A DNA stretch of 64,000 nt from Anaeramoeba ignava BMAN (Eukaryota > Protista > Anaeramoebae): assembly GCA_028826165.1 (NCBI GenBank), contig JAPDFW010000080.1:310001-374000 (forward strand). Direction: 5' to 3'. Below are positions 1 through 12,712 of this stretch, in pieces. Every line of letters starts with the position of its first letter. The first letter of the stretch is position 1. Position numbers and translations under genes: made by a program. The notes beneath the pieces were generated by a model. The model did no database searches and was not told the origin of the DNA. It saw only the letters and a list, made by a program, of their open reading frames with translations.

Positions 1-258
1 ATTTAATTATAAAATTATTTAATTATTTAATTATAAAATTATTTATTTATAAAATTATAAAATTATTTATAAAATTAATTATAAAATTATTTAATTATAA
101 AATTATTTAATTATAAAATTATTTATAAAATTAATTATAAAATTATTTATTAAATTATTTAATTATTTATTTATAAAATTATTTATAAAATTAATTATAA
201 AATTATTTATTAAATTATTTATTTATTTATTTATAAATTTGTTTATTAATTAAAATAG

Positions 259-3200
259 ACAAAAGAAAAAATCTCCAGATTTCGAAACCCAAGATTTAGA
301 ACAACATCAAAAATATAAATTCTATAGAACAAAATCAGAAAACAATCGAACTAAAAATTCAAGACATTTCAGAGATACATTTATCAATAAAAACCAAATA
401 AAAATTAAAGAAAATTCTCCAGACGAAAATCAAATTAGCATTCGCAATTCTTCACCACATTCTCTTGAAAATTCACACGATCGAAATCATAGTTATTCTC
501 GAGACAAAGAACAATTTTTCGAAAACGGAAAATACAATTCATACCCAAGAAATATTAAAAAGAGTCGGATAAAAAAATATGAAAGTAAACCATTCCACAA
601 TAAAAATCGAAGTTATCGAAGAGAAAGCAAACAAGAGACAATTACATCGAAACGTTATAATTCGTATCATTCGCGCAGTTCATACAAATTATATGATTCG
701 TATAGACCTCAAATAATATCACATTCAAATCATCAATCAAAACAGGTTATTGATTACGATGTTATTCAAGGATCACCGCGTTTCAAGAGAAACTCGAAAT
801 CTCCACCAAATCCTCGATCAGGAAATAACCTGAACAATCGAGAAATGATAAAATATGATGAAGAACTAACTTCAAGATCTTATAAAGAAGGGGATTTTTT
901 TATTGACACCAAAGACGGATTGCAATATTATTCAATGGATTATTCCGTTCCTGAACAACGCTTTAACTCATCAGAAATTTCTCCGACAGACACTAATCGT
1001 CAGGATGATCTCCATAAATTTTCTCCTGAAGCCAATGGACATACACAACATGCTAACAATAATACCCAATCCTTGTTGAGTCCTCACACTCCTGAGCCTG
1101 ATAACCAAATCGAAAAGAAATCTAATTCTGCTAAGCAAGTCCAAATTCAAGAAAGCCAAAAATCATCTGATTTAGAATGTAAATTCCCTCAATTACCAAC
1201 TTCTCATCAAGTTTTGGAGTCAATGAATAAAATGGATTCCCAAATTTCAGAAACTGAAAATTTGGTTTGCTTTCTTCGTAAATATTCGGAAGAATGTCAA
1301 AAACGGAATTTCTTTTCTATAATTGATCAAACTCAGCAAATATTGAATCAAAGTTTAGAAATTTCCAAAAATATTCATAATTCTGTTGAGCAATTTCTTG
1401 AGCCAATTGATGTAATTTTATTTTATTTTATTTTATTTTATTTTATTTTTAATTTTTAATTTTAATTATTTTATTTTTAATTATTTCAGGATAAAGAAAA
1501 AGAAAATATTCTTGATCCTTTCCAGAACAAACTTGATTCACAAATGGTTTCGAAAATTGAAAAGAAAATTAAAACAAAAATGTTATTTGAACAATTACTT
1601 GAAAGAAATCTTGAAACAAACTTTATACAATGTGAATGTAGATGGAAAAAGAAGATGGAGAAATCGCAACCAAGAAAATCTTCTCGAGTAAGAAATGAAA
1701 ATAAATTAAAATAATTAAACAAATTAAAATAATTAAACAAATTAAAATAATTAAACAAATTAAAATAAATTAACAAATTAAAATAAATTAAAATAATTAA
1801 ATAAATTAAACTAATTAAAATAATTAAATAAATTAAAATAATTAAATAAATTAAAATAATTAAACAAATTAAAATAAATAAACAAATTAAAATAAATAAA
1901 CAAATTAAAATAATTAAACAAATTAAAATAATTAAATAAATTAAAATAATTAAATAAATTAAAATAAATAAATAAATTAAAATAAATAAACAAATTAAAA
2001 TAAATAAATAAATTAAAATAAATAAAATAATTAAAATAATTAAACAAATTAAAATAATAAAATAAATTAAAATAATTAAACAAATTAAAATAAATAAACA
2101 AATTAAAATAAATAAACAAATTAAAATAATTAAATAAATTAAAATAATTAAACAAATTAAAATAAATAAACAAATTAAAATAAATAAATAAATTAAAATA
2201 ATTAAATAAATTAAAATAATTAAACAAATTAAAATAATTAAACAAATTAAAATAATTAAACAAATTAAATAATTAAACAAATTAAAATAAATAAAATAAT
2301 TAAAATAAATAAACAAATTAAAATAAATAAACAAATTAAAATAAATAAACAAATTAAAATAATTAAATAAATTAAAATAAATAAACAAATTAAAAAAATT
2401 AAAATAATTAAAATAATTAAACAAATTAAAATAAATTTTTTTTTGAATTTTATTTAGATTTGCAAAATATCAACTCGTTCCAAAATAAGAAATTCTGTTG
2501 AACCAACAGAATTTGGATTTGTTTCACAACAAATTATTCATAATAATAATTATGACGAAGAACAAAAATTGCAATATTTTACTTCTGTTAGTGCTGAAGT
2601 TCCACCGATGATTTTAAGTTTAAAAGATCGACGAGCAAGAAGATTTTTAAATACTAATGGGAAAGTAAGTTCTGAAGAATGTAAGAAGTTACTTGAAGAA
2701 CAAAGTAAAATCTGGACTGATGAAGAGAAGGAAATATTCTTTGATAAGTAAATAATTTTAATTTTAATTTTAATTTTAATTTTAATTTTAAATTTAAATT
2801 TAAATTTAAATATTAATTTTTAATTTTAATTTAAATTTTAATATTAATTTTAATTTTTAATTTTAATATTAATTTTAATTTTTAATTTTAATTTTAATAA
2901 TTTTAATTTTAATTTTAATATTAATTTTAATATTAAATTTTTTATTAAATTTTTTAGATATAAACAATTCCCAAAAGATTTCCCAAAAATTGCACAATTT
3001 ATAAACAAAAAAAATACAAGACAAGTAATACAATTCTATTATCTTAATCGATTCAAACTAAGCAAAAGTGAAACAGCCGAACAATTACAACGAACACCAC
3101 GAAAAAAAGTGATTCAAGAAGGAGCACCAACAACACCAAGAAAAACACCAGTTCTTGAAAAACGACCACAAGAAATAAAAGAAAACAAAGAAAAAACCAA

Positions 3201-3669
3201 CGAAGAAACAAGTAGTTTTGCTGCTCTTTGTGGAAAACCAAAAGTCAAAAGAAAACAAAAAGAAAAAACCGAAATTTCTAATCAAAGAACTCGATGGAAA
3301 GCTAAAGAAAAACAAGAATTCCAAAGTTTATTCCAAAAACACGGTCCAAATTTTGATTTAATTTCCACTTTTTTACCTTCCAAAAGTTCAAAACAATGCC
3401 AGGAATTTTTCCTTAAAAACCAAAAAAGAAAAACTGGTAAAAATTTTTGGAGTGAAAATGAAAAGAAAATTTTTATCGACCAATTAAAAGAAAAAGGTCG
3501 TGATTGGAACGCTATTTCTATTGCTATTATTTCAAAAACTCCAGACCAAGTTAAAAATTTTTTCCAAAATAATAAGACTAAACTTGATTTATTAAGTATT
3601 TTACTTGCTGGTGGTCATTCTAATCCTCTTAGTTCTCGAAATCGAAAAAAACGGAAAAATGATGATTAA
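259..3669 (+). CDS. NCoR/SMRT-like (Snt1/POWERDRESS-like) SANT-domain corepressor; 5' end lies outside the window
   Basis: Exons 259-1411, 1490-1687, 2458-2747 and 2958-3669 join in frame with GT-AG ends. The spliced protein has VPPMIL..RRFLNTNG followed by WTDEEKEIFFDKYKQFPKDFPKIAQFINKKNTRQVIQFYYL, resembling the NCoR DAD/SANT1, plus two further SANT repeats (RWKAKEKQEF.., FWSENEKKIF..). Confidence 0.8.
1700..2435. repeat. Intronic minisatellite with an ~18-nt unit (AAATTAAAATAATTAAAC and variants)
   Basis: Tandem array filling intron 1688-2457; it produces the spurious minus-strand ORFs. Confidence 0.9.
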
Positions 3670-4032
3670 AAAAAATTTACTTGTTTTTCTTTTGGATTTT
3701 TTAGTTGGAAATTTTTTCAATTCTATTTCTATTTCTATTTTGAAAATAATTCATTTTTTTTTTGTTGTTGTTTCTTCTTTCAATCATTTATTGAATTTGT
3801 ATTGAAGGAAATTTTATTTCAAAATAACCAAAAAACAAAAACTAAAAACAAAAACTAATTATTAAATAAAAAACAGAAATGTAAAAAAATTTCTTTATAT
3901 TTTTTAGTTTTTTTTTTGGTTCATTTTTTGATTATATTTTTTTTTAAAACAACAAAAAACTATCCAAAAAAAAAGCAAAAAAAAAAAAACTTTCCTCAAA
4001 AGAAAAAAAATTTTTTTTTGGCATTTTTTGGT

Positions 4033-7000
4033 TCATTTTTTTAAATGTTCTCTTAAATACGGATGATTTGCAAGAGTTTGAGGATCAGGTCTTTCATCAG
4101 GATTTACATTCAAACACAAAGAAATAAACTCTTTTGCAGATTGACTTATTTGAGGTTCATCAGGAAAATCAATTGAATTATTTTGAGGATTTCTTGAGTT
4201 TTCAGAATTATGAAAATCAGAAGGAAGTGAACCAAAGAGCATTTCATAAAAAATAAGACCTACCGACCAAGAGTCAATTTTAGAGAAATTAGAATCAGAT
4301 TGAGAATTAAAGTCTCTTGGGAGATATTGGGAATATGAATCAGAACTGGAGTTTTTTAAGATGAAATCAAAAAGTCCAAAATCGGAAATTTTTGCTCCAT
4401 CATCTCGAAATAAAATATTTGTTGGTTTTAAGTCTCCATGGAAGACTGGCGGCGAAAGAGCGGCAAGTGCTTGAACACCGCTTAATATCTGGGATACAAT
4501 ACATTTACTTTCTGATTCAATTAACGATCCCTTTGCTTGAATTAAGTTGGAAAGATCGCCTCTCTCAATAAGCTCAGTAACAACACAAAAAGAGGCTTCA
4601 TCAAGTCGAAAGCAATCATAATGTTGAACGACGCGAATGTGTTGAACCTGTTTTAATGAGACAACTGCTATTAGTGCCTTCTTGATCATCCGAGATTTTG
4701 TTTTTGGATCAAGTGTCGATGAAAGTCGATATAATTTGCAAGCAACAAATCGGAAATTTTTAAAATCATAGGCTTTAAAAACAATCGAATTAGGGCCTTG
4801 ACCCAAAACAGACAGAATGAAATATCGCTTTTCCCAGAGCGGTTGTGTGTTTAGCATTTGCTGATTTTCGAATAATTGTAAATGTTTGATGTGATTTTGC
4901 TTTTTGTACTCAAGTCTTTCTCGTTGTTTTTCTAAATCTAGTCGGTTTTTTCTTAATGTTGATAATTGGATCCGAAATATCTCTTCTTGTTGTTGATATT
5001 CTAAAAGGTTCTTGAGTGAATCTGGGTTTTTTTCGCTTGTGTTGCTTATATTTGGTTTATGTTTTTGTATATGTCTTCTTTTTTTGGTTTTGACTTTTTC
5101 TTCTTCATCTTTGATTTTTTTCTTTAATTTTAATTATAATTTTAATTTTGAATTTAAAATGAATTTTAATTTTGAATTTAAAATGAATTTTAATTTTAAA
5201 TTTTAATTTTAAATTTAATTATAATTTTGAATTTAAAATGAATTTTAATTTTAATTTTAATTTTAATTTTGAATTTTAATTTTGAATTGAATTTTGATTT
5301 GAATTTGAATTTTAATTTTGAATTTAAAATGAATTTTAATTTAAATTTTAATTTTAATTTTAATTATAATTTTGAATTTAATTTGAATTTTAATTTTAAT
5401 TTTAATTTTGATTTTAATTTTAATTTTAATTTTAATTTTGAATTTTAATTTTGATTTTAATTTTAATTTTAATTTTAATATTAATTTTGATTTTAATTTT
5501 AATTTTAATTTTAATTTTAATATTGATTTTAATTTTAATTTTAATTTTGATTTTAATTTTAATTTTAATTTTAATTTTAATTTTAATTTTAATTTTGAAT
5601 TTTAATTTTGAATTTAATTTTAATTTTAATTTAAATTTAAATTTAAATTTTAATTTTGATTTTAATTTTAATTTGAGAATAAACTACTTCATCTTGTTCT
5701 AATTTTTTAAATAATTCTCCATCTTCCCAATCATTTATTGATACTCCTCTTCTTGTAATTTTCCAACAACCTAAATCAATATTATCTCTTAAAACTCTTT
5801 CTCTTAAAATCTTTTTTTCCCATTGAACTTGTTGAATTAAAAGTTTTGAAATTTCATTTCTTGCTTTATTTGTTAAAGATCTTTCTTTTTCAAGTTTTTC
5901 TTCATTTGACTATAAATTTAAATAATAAATCATTGATATTTTTGTTTTATTTGTTGATTTATTTTTGTTTAATTACTTTTTGAGTTTCTTCAAGAATATT
6001 TTGTAATTCGGATATTTGTTGTTCTAACTCAATAATTTTTGATGATTTCGAACTCTATTTATTAAATATTAAACATTAAATATTAAATAAATATTAAATA
6101 AATATTAAATAAATATTAAATTAAATATTAAATATTAAATATTAAATATTAAATATTAAATATTAAATATTAAATATTAAATATTAAATATTAAATATTA
6201 AATATTAAATATTAAATATTAAATATTAAATATTAAATATTAAATATTAAATATTAAATATTAAATATTAAATATTAAATATTAAATATTAATTATTAAA
6301 TATTAAATATTAAATATTAAATATTAAATATTAAACATTAATTCAAATATTAAATATTAATATTAAATATTAAATATTAAATTAAATTAAATATTAAATA
6401 TTAAATATTAAATATTAATTATTAATTATTAAATATTAATTAAATATTAAATATTTGTTTTCAATTCATTTTTTTTTGTTTCATCATTAAAACCTTTTTA
6501 TGTTGATGAGAATCATGAGTTGAACGTTGTTTGTGATTCTTCTTCTTTTTGTGCTCTTTCTTTTTAGTTTTCTTATTCTTTTTTGGAGTTAAATAATTCT
6601 CAATAACATTTGTTTTTTTTCTTTTTTTATTTTGATTGGATTTTTTTGATTTCCATTCTTTATTTTTCTTATTAAATTCCTTTTCTTCTTTTTTATTTTG
6701 CTCATTATTCTTTTTTTCATTTTTTTCCTTCTCTTCATTTTCTTGTTCACTTTTGTTTTCTTTATTCTCATTTTCATTTTTTTCTTCTTCAATTAAATCT
6801 ATTTTTGGTTCTTCAATTTTCATTTCATTTTTTTCTTTATTTTTTTCTTGATTCTCTTCTTCTTTTTCTACTTTTACTTTCTATTTTGAAACCAAAAAAT
6901 GATTTATAATTGAAAAATTCAGGATTTATTTAATTAATTTTTTAAAATTTTAAAAAATAATTTAAATTAAATTAAGATCTTGTAAAAAAAAGATATTATT

Positions 7001-7150
7001 TTTTTTTTGTTTTTTTACTTTTAAATTTATATCAAAACTTATTTTTGAATTTGTATTTAAATTTGAATTTGATTTGGATTGTAAATTTTTTGTAAAATCG
7101 TTGGGATTTTTAATTAATTTTTCATCTAAATTTTGAATATTGTTTTCCAT
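4033..7150 (-). CDS. TLK: Tousled-like kinase, divergent
   Basis: Exons 7150-7019, 6880-6494, 6054-5977, 5909-5688 and 5121-4033, all phase 0. TLK-type coiled-coil motifs (KLLIQQ..RDNIDLG..WEDGELFKKL; EYQQQEEIFRIQL) precede a kinase domain with VACK, HGDLKPTN, DFG and DSWSVG. Confidence 0.8.
6065..6452. repeat. Intronic AAATATT heptamer array
   Basis: Near-perfect tandem (AAATATT)n within TLK intron 2. Confidence 0.9.
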
Positions 7151-7344
7151 TTAGGAAAATTGGAGAAAATTTTATTTAAAAAAAAAATAAAAAAAAAAAA
7201 ATAAAAATAAAGAAAAAAAGAAAGAAAAAATGAGAAGAGAAGATTTATCAAAAAAAAAAAAATAACGAAATTTTTCAAAACAAAAAAAAAAATAATAAAA
7301 AGTGGAATTCAAAAAAAAAAAGAAGAAAACCACTTTTTAAAAAA

Positions 7345-7782
7345 AACAATAACAAATCAATATCAAATCAAAATCAATATCAAATCAATATCAAATCAAT
7401 ATCAATATCAATATCAAATCAAATCAAATCAAATCAAAATCAATATCAAATCAAATCAAATCAAATCAATATCAATATCAAATCAATATCAAATCAATAA
7501 CAAATCAATAACAAATCAATAACAAATCAATATCAAATTAAATTAAATCAATATCAAATCAAATCAAATCAATATCAAATCAAATTAAATCAAATCAAAT
7601 CAATATCAAATCAATATCAAATCAATATCAAATCAATATCAAATCAATATCAATATCAAATCAATATCAAATTAATATCAAATCAAATCAAATCAAATCA
7701 AATCAAATCAAATCAATATCAAATCAAATCAATATCAAATTAATATCAAATCAAATCAATATCAAATCAAATCAATAACAAA
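7345..7782. repeat. Intergenic AAATC/AATATC microsatellite
   Basis: Tandem pentamer/hexamer repeat directly downstream of the Sec11 stop. Confidence 0.85.
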
Positions 7783-9124
7783 TCAATAAGAGAAATATGT
7801 GAAAATTATTGCAAGAAAAGAAAGTATAATTTTAAATAAAGGAATTTCATTAATCCAAACAGAAATTAATCCGATTTTTGGTATTATAACCCAAGCTACT
7901 CCTATAATATCTTCTTTTTGAATCCATGATTGTCCTTTTTCATAATTATATAATGCTCTATCATGTGTTGTTTTTTGATCTCCTTTTGTTAAAATGTGTT
8001 CAATTCCCTTTTTACTTTTTCGATAAATAAATAAATCAATAAATCAATAAATCAATCCAAATCAATAAATAAATCCAAATCAATAAATAAATCCAAATCA
8101 ATAAATAAATCAATTTAAATCAATAAATAAATCAATAAATAAATTTAAATCAATCCAAAAAATCAAAATAAATAAATCCAAATCAATAAATATATTTAAA
8201 TCAATTTAAATCAATAAATATATTTAAATCAATTTAAATCAATAAATAAATAAATAAATATTATTTAAATCAATCCAAAAAATCAAAAAATCAAAATAAA
8301 TAAATCCAAATAAATCAATAAATAAATAAATAAATAAATAAATATATTTAAATCAATCCAAAAAATCAAAATAAATAAATAAATCAATAAATAAATCAAT
8401 AAATAAATCAATAAATAAATCAATTTAAATCAATTTAAATCAATCCAAATAAATAAATTTAAATCAATTTAAATCAATAAATAAATCCAAATCAATATAT
8501 TTAAATCAATCCAAAAAATCAAAATAAATCAATAAATATATTTAAATCAATTTAAATCAATAAATATATTTAAATCAATTTAAATCAATAAATATATTTA
8601 AATCAATTTAAATCAATAAATCAATAAATAAATCCAAATCAATTTAAATCAATAAATATATTTAAATCAATAAATCAATTTAAATCAATTTAAATCAATA
8701 AATAAATAAATAAATAAATAAATCAATCCAAATAAAATCAAAATAAATAAATAAATATATTGAAATCAATATATTTAAATATTATTTGTATAGTAAATAG
8801 AAAAGTAGAAAAGAGAAAGATAAATTACTCGATATGAATTGAAATGATTCGATTTACAACAGGTAAACTACGATGAGTAACATGAAACACTATAATTTCA
8901 CCGACATGAAAAGAATGTGAATCATTATGTGAAATCAATAAAACATCACCACGACAAAGTGTGGGATACATACTTGAACTTAAAACTACAACTAATGGTG
9001 CTTCTAAATCAGAAAAAAGTCTTATTACATTCCATAAAAATAAAACAAATCCAAATATTGAAAAAGAATTTATTAAATTTCGGATTTTTTTGGAATTGCT
9101 TATTGTGTTTTTTTCATTTTTCAT
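7783..9124 (-). CDS. SEC11: Signal peptidase complex catalytic subunit Sec11-like; catalytic His position is Asn
   Basis: Exons 9124-8829 and 8014-7783. Motifs PLVVVLSSSMYPTLCRGD, GEIIVF, PVVNR, LTKGD..HDRALY, WI.KEDIIG and a C-terminal hydrophobic segment. Confidence 0.85.
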
Positions 9125-9360
9125 TATTTTTTTTTAAACTAATTTTGTGCAAAAAAAAAAGAAAAAAAAATGATTTTTAAAAAATAAAAAAATTTTTTCC
9201 TTTTTTTTTAATGAATTTTTTATGTAAGAAAAAGGTGTTTATTTATTTAAAAAAAAACCTTTTTTTTTTTCTTTAAAATGATTTGAAAATTTAATTTCTC
9301 AAAAAAAGAATAAAATTCCCAAATTTTTTTGGAATAAATTTTTCAATTCACTTTTTTAAA

Positions 9361-10100
9361 ATTAAAATTGAATTTGTATTTGAATTTGTATTTGAATTTG
9401 AAATTGAATTTGAATTGAAATTATATTTGAATTTGATAATTGAATTTGAATTAAAATTGAATTTGAAATTGAATTTGAATTTGAATTTGAATTTGAATTT
9501 GTATTTGAATTGATAAATGAAATTGAAATTAAATTTGAATTAGAATTTGATAAATGAATTTGAAATTAAAATTGAATTTGAATTTGAATTTGAATTTGAA
9601 AATGAATTGATAAATGAATTTGAATTTGTATTTGAATTTGAATTTGAATTTGAATTTGAATTTGAATTGATAAATGAATTGATAAATGAATTTGAATTTG
9701 TATTTGAAAATGAATTGATAAATGAATTTGAATTTGAATTTGAATTTGAATTTGAATTTGAATTTGAATTTATATTTGAAAATGAAATTAAATTTGAATT
9801 GAATTTATATTTGAAAATGAAATTAAATTTGAATTTGAATTTGAATTTGAATTTGAATTTGAATTTGAATTTGAATTTGAATTTGAATTTGAATTTGAAA
9901 TTGAATTTGAATTTGAAATTGAATTTGAAATTGAATTTGAATTTGAATTTGAATTGAATTTATATTTGAATTTGAATTAAAATTAAAATTTAAATTTGAA
10001 TTTGAATTTGAAATTGAATTTGAAATTAAATTTGAATTTGAATTTGAAATTGAATTTGAAATTAAATTTGATAATTGAATTTGATAAATGAATTGATAAA
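9361..10100. repeat. Intergenic (GAATTT)n-type hexamer microsatellite
   Basis: Degenerate tandem TTTGAA repeat; source of the FEFE/LNLN ORF. Confidence 0.85.
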
Positions 10101-10125
10101 TGAATTCATGAATGAATCTAAATTT

Positions 10126-12631
10126 TCAATTTTTATTCTTCTGATCATTTTGAACCTCATTTCCTTGATCAGGATTCAAAAGAGAACTTTTCTGTTTATC
10201 ATCATCATTATTAACAAAATGATCAGAAATCTGTTCAATTTGTGAAAGATCACTAATCTCAGCTTGATCATCAGAAAAAGAGAATGAAATTTCATCTTGA
10301 AAATGAAAATGAGTATGAATTCTTTTTTTTCGACGATAAATAAAAAAACCAACAAAAAGAGCAACAATAACAACAAAGAAGGAAACTGAAGTACCAACAA
10401 TAAGAGGTACTTTAGAATTTTCAGGCTTAGAAGATTGGGGTGATGGTGTTGGCTTTGGTGTTGGTGTTGGCATATATTGAAGAACTTGAGAAAATATTTC
10501 CAAATCATTTGAATTTGAAAAATCCCAAATCAAAATTCTATGATCTGATGGATTGAAAATAAATTCCAACGGAATATCTTGTTGGGATCCAAAAAAAGGA
10601 TAAATTTCTCGATAAGTGAATGAAACAGATTGATCTGAAGTGAATAATAAAGGCATGTTATTAATAGTGATTCCAAAATCAGGGAAAAAAAAATAAATCA
10701 AATAATCAATTTCATCTGAATCATAAATTTCTCCGCCTGGAAATGAATAAAAACCCATATCCATCCCAGGCAATCCTCCCACAGAAAATGTTTGTGCTAA
10801 ATTTGCTGAGTGGATTTTTTCTGCAAAAACTGCGCAAGTGCTTCCACATAATCCATCTGAAAGTATAGAAGTGTGATTTTTATCAAAAAATTTGAAATTA
10901 TTAATCCATGAAAGATCCGCAATATCGTGAATAAAATTTGAGTAATTTGAGAATACATTTCCCCGTTCAAGAACAACACCTGGAGAATACCATGAGATGT
11001 CTTGGTATTGTTGCTCTTGAGGATTCCACCACGATTTTGGAGAATATGTATTATCTTGAGAATTTACACAATCTTGATTTTTTGAACATTTTTCAAACAT
11101 TTCGTCATTTAAATAAGAATGAATAAAATCATAATTTCCATATAAAGGTGGTTTTGAATCATTAAATAAAAAGTGGAATGTCTCGTATCCAAGCGGAATA
11201 TATCCTCCGCTGTTGGATCGAAGATCAATAATCAAATTACCAATTTCATTTGATTCTAAATATTCAATACTTTTCTCAATATTTGCTTTAAATGCATTTT
11301 CATTTTGTGGCGCAAATGATATGATATGCAAAATTCCTGCTTGCACTTGATTATTCAAAATAAGTGTTGATAATCCTACTTCATTGTTTACTGAAAATAT
11401 TGTTTGAATTTCTGCTCCATTTGTTTTTTGTTTTTGATCTTGTTTTTCTTTTGGAAATTGTTTTTTGAGTTGTTCAATTTTTTGTTTTTTCTTAAGAATT
11501 GGGTTTTTAAGTTTTGGATTTTGATTTTTTTGTTGTTGTTTTTGGAAAATGGAATATTTTTTGTGATTTTCGTTTAAATCTTGAGTATTTGTTAAGGATC
11601 CATCTTTTATTTTTTTTTAATATTAAATATTAAATTTTGAATTAAATATTTTATATATAAATATTTTATATATTTATATTTTATTCTTTTATTCTTTACT
11701 TATACAAGCACTAATAAATTCATCAGTTGATGAAAAATCTAAATAATTATAACCAACAAAAGGAATATCAATTAAATTGCCATCAATTCTTAAAGTTCTA
11801 TTTGATTTTTCAGGAACAGGTAAAGTTTGCAAAAAATGCATTGAAAAATCAAAAGATAAATATTCATTTAATCTTGCACTTGGATCTTTTGAAGAATAAA
11901 CACTGTCACTATTTTGCACTAAATATTCCCACGCATCCTAATAGAAAAAAACAGAAAATAAAACATAGTAAACAAAGAGCACAAAAAACACAAAAAGAAC
12001 CAATTACCGTTCCTTCAATTTCTTGCACTTGTTTTCCGATAAAATTGATCGGATTAATTCCAGTGACAGAATTATAATCTGTCGCAAATTGTGTTGAATT
12101 AGAAAACACAGAATTGATAAAGACAAGCGGGTTTTCTTGTGCGTTTTCTTTTGATGATGAATTAACGACCGCCATTAATTCAAAAGGAAACAAAAAAGTG
12201 ATTTCTGAATAACAATATGGCTTGTAATATTGCGTATGCGCATCATAAAGTCTTGTCATAAAATCGTTAATTTTTTGATGAAGATCAAAATCAAACGTAA
12301 TATTTTCTTGTTTGATCTTTTCAATCTCATCCGTAATATTAACCTCAATTGTTGTTAAACTTGTTGTTGAATTTAAAACAATATCTTGAAAAACATATAA
12401 TTGAAGGTATTCTGAAAGTGATTCAAGTATTTCTTTTTGTGTGACTGGATTGTTCATAACGCTGTAGATACATTCCTTGAACTGATCAAATGGATACAAA
12501 ACAGTTGATGTTATTATGCAAGGATCTCTCGCTGTTGTCTTTGTTTTTTCGGTTGCTTCTTCTTTTGTTTTTATTTTAAATATTGAAATTATTATTAAAA
12601 TTATTATCAAAATTAATTGACGGTTTTTCAT
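10126..12631 (-). CDS. Membrane-anchored S41-family (CPAF/tail-specific protease-like) serine peptidase
   Basis: Exons 12631-12008, 11937-11700 and 11603-10126 join in frame. N-terminal signal peptide, LYDAHT, KDPSARLN, LIIDLRSNSGGY, ILSDGLCGSTCAVF (catalytic Ser motif), VGGLP, a Pro/Thr linker, a TM helix and RRKKR. Confidence 0.8.
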
Positions 12632-12712
12632 TTATTTTGTTTAAAAAAGAAAAAAAATGAAAAAAATAAAATTCAAAAAAAAATTTTTTAATTTTAATTT
12701 TAATTTAAATTT

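Noticed and set aside
1486-2424. Long ORFs of [24 protein letters not shown] or YIYI type here and at 5408-5702, 9547-9957, 18084-18909, 27090-27585, 31490-31883, 52443-52884, 55993-56469, 61023-61376 and 62387-62905
   Set aside because: They are translations of stop-free microsatellites in introns, intergenic DNA or alternative frames of real genes.
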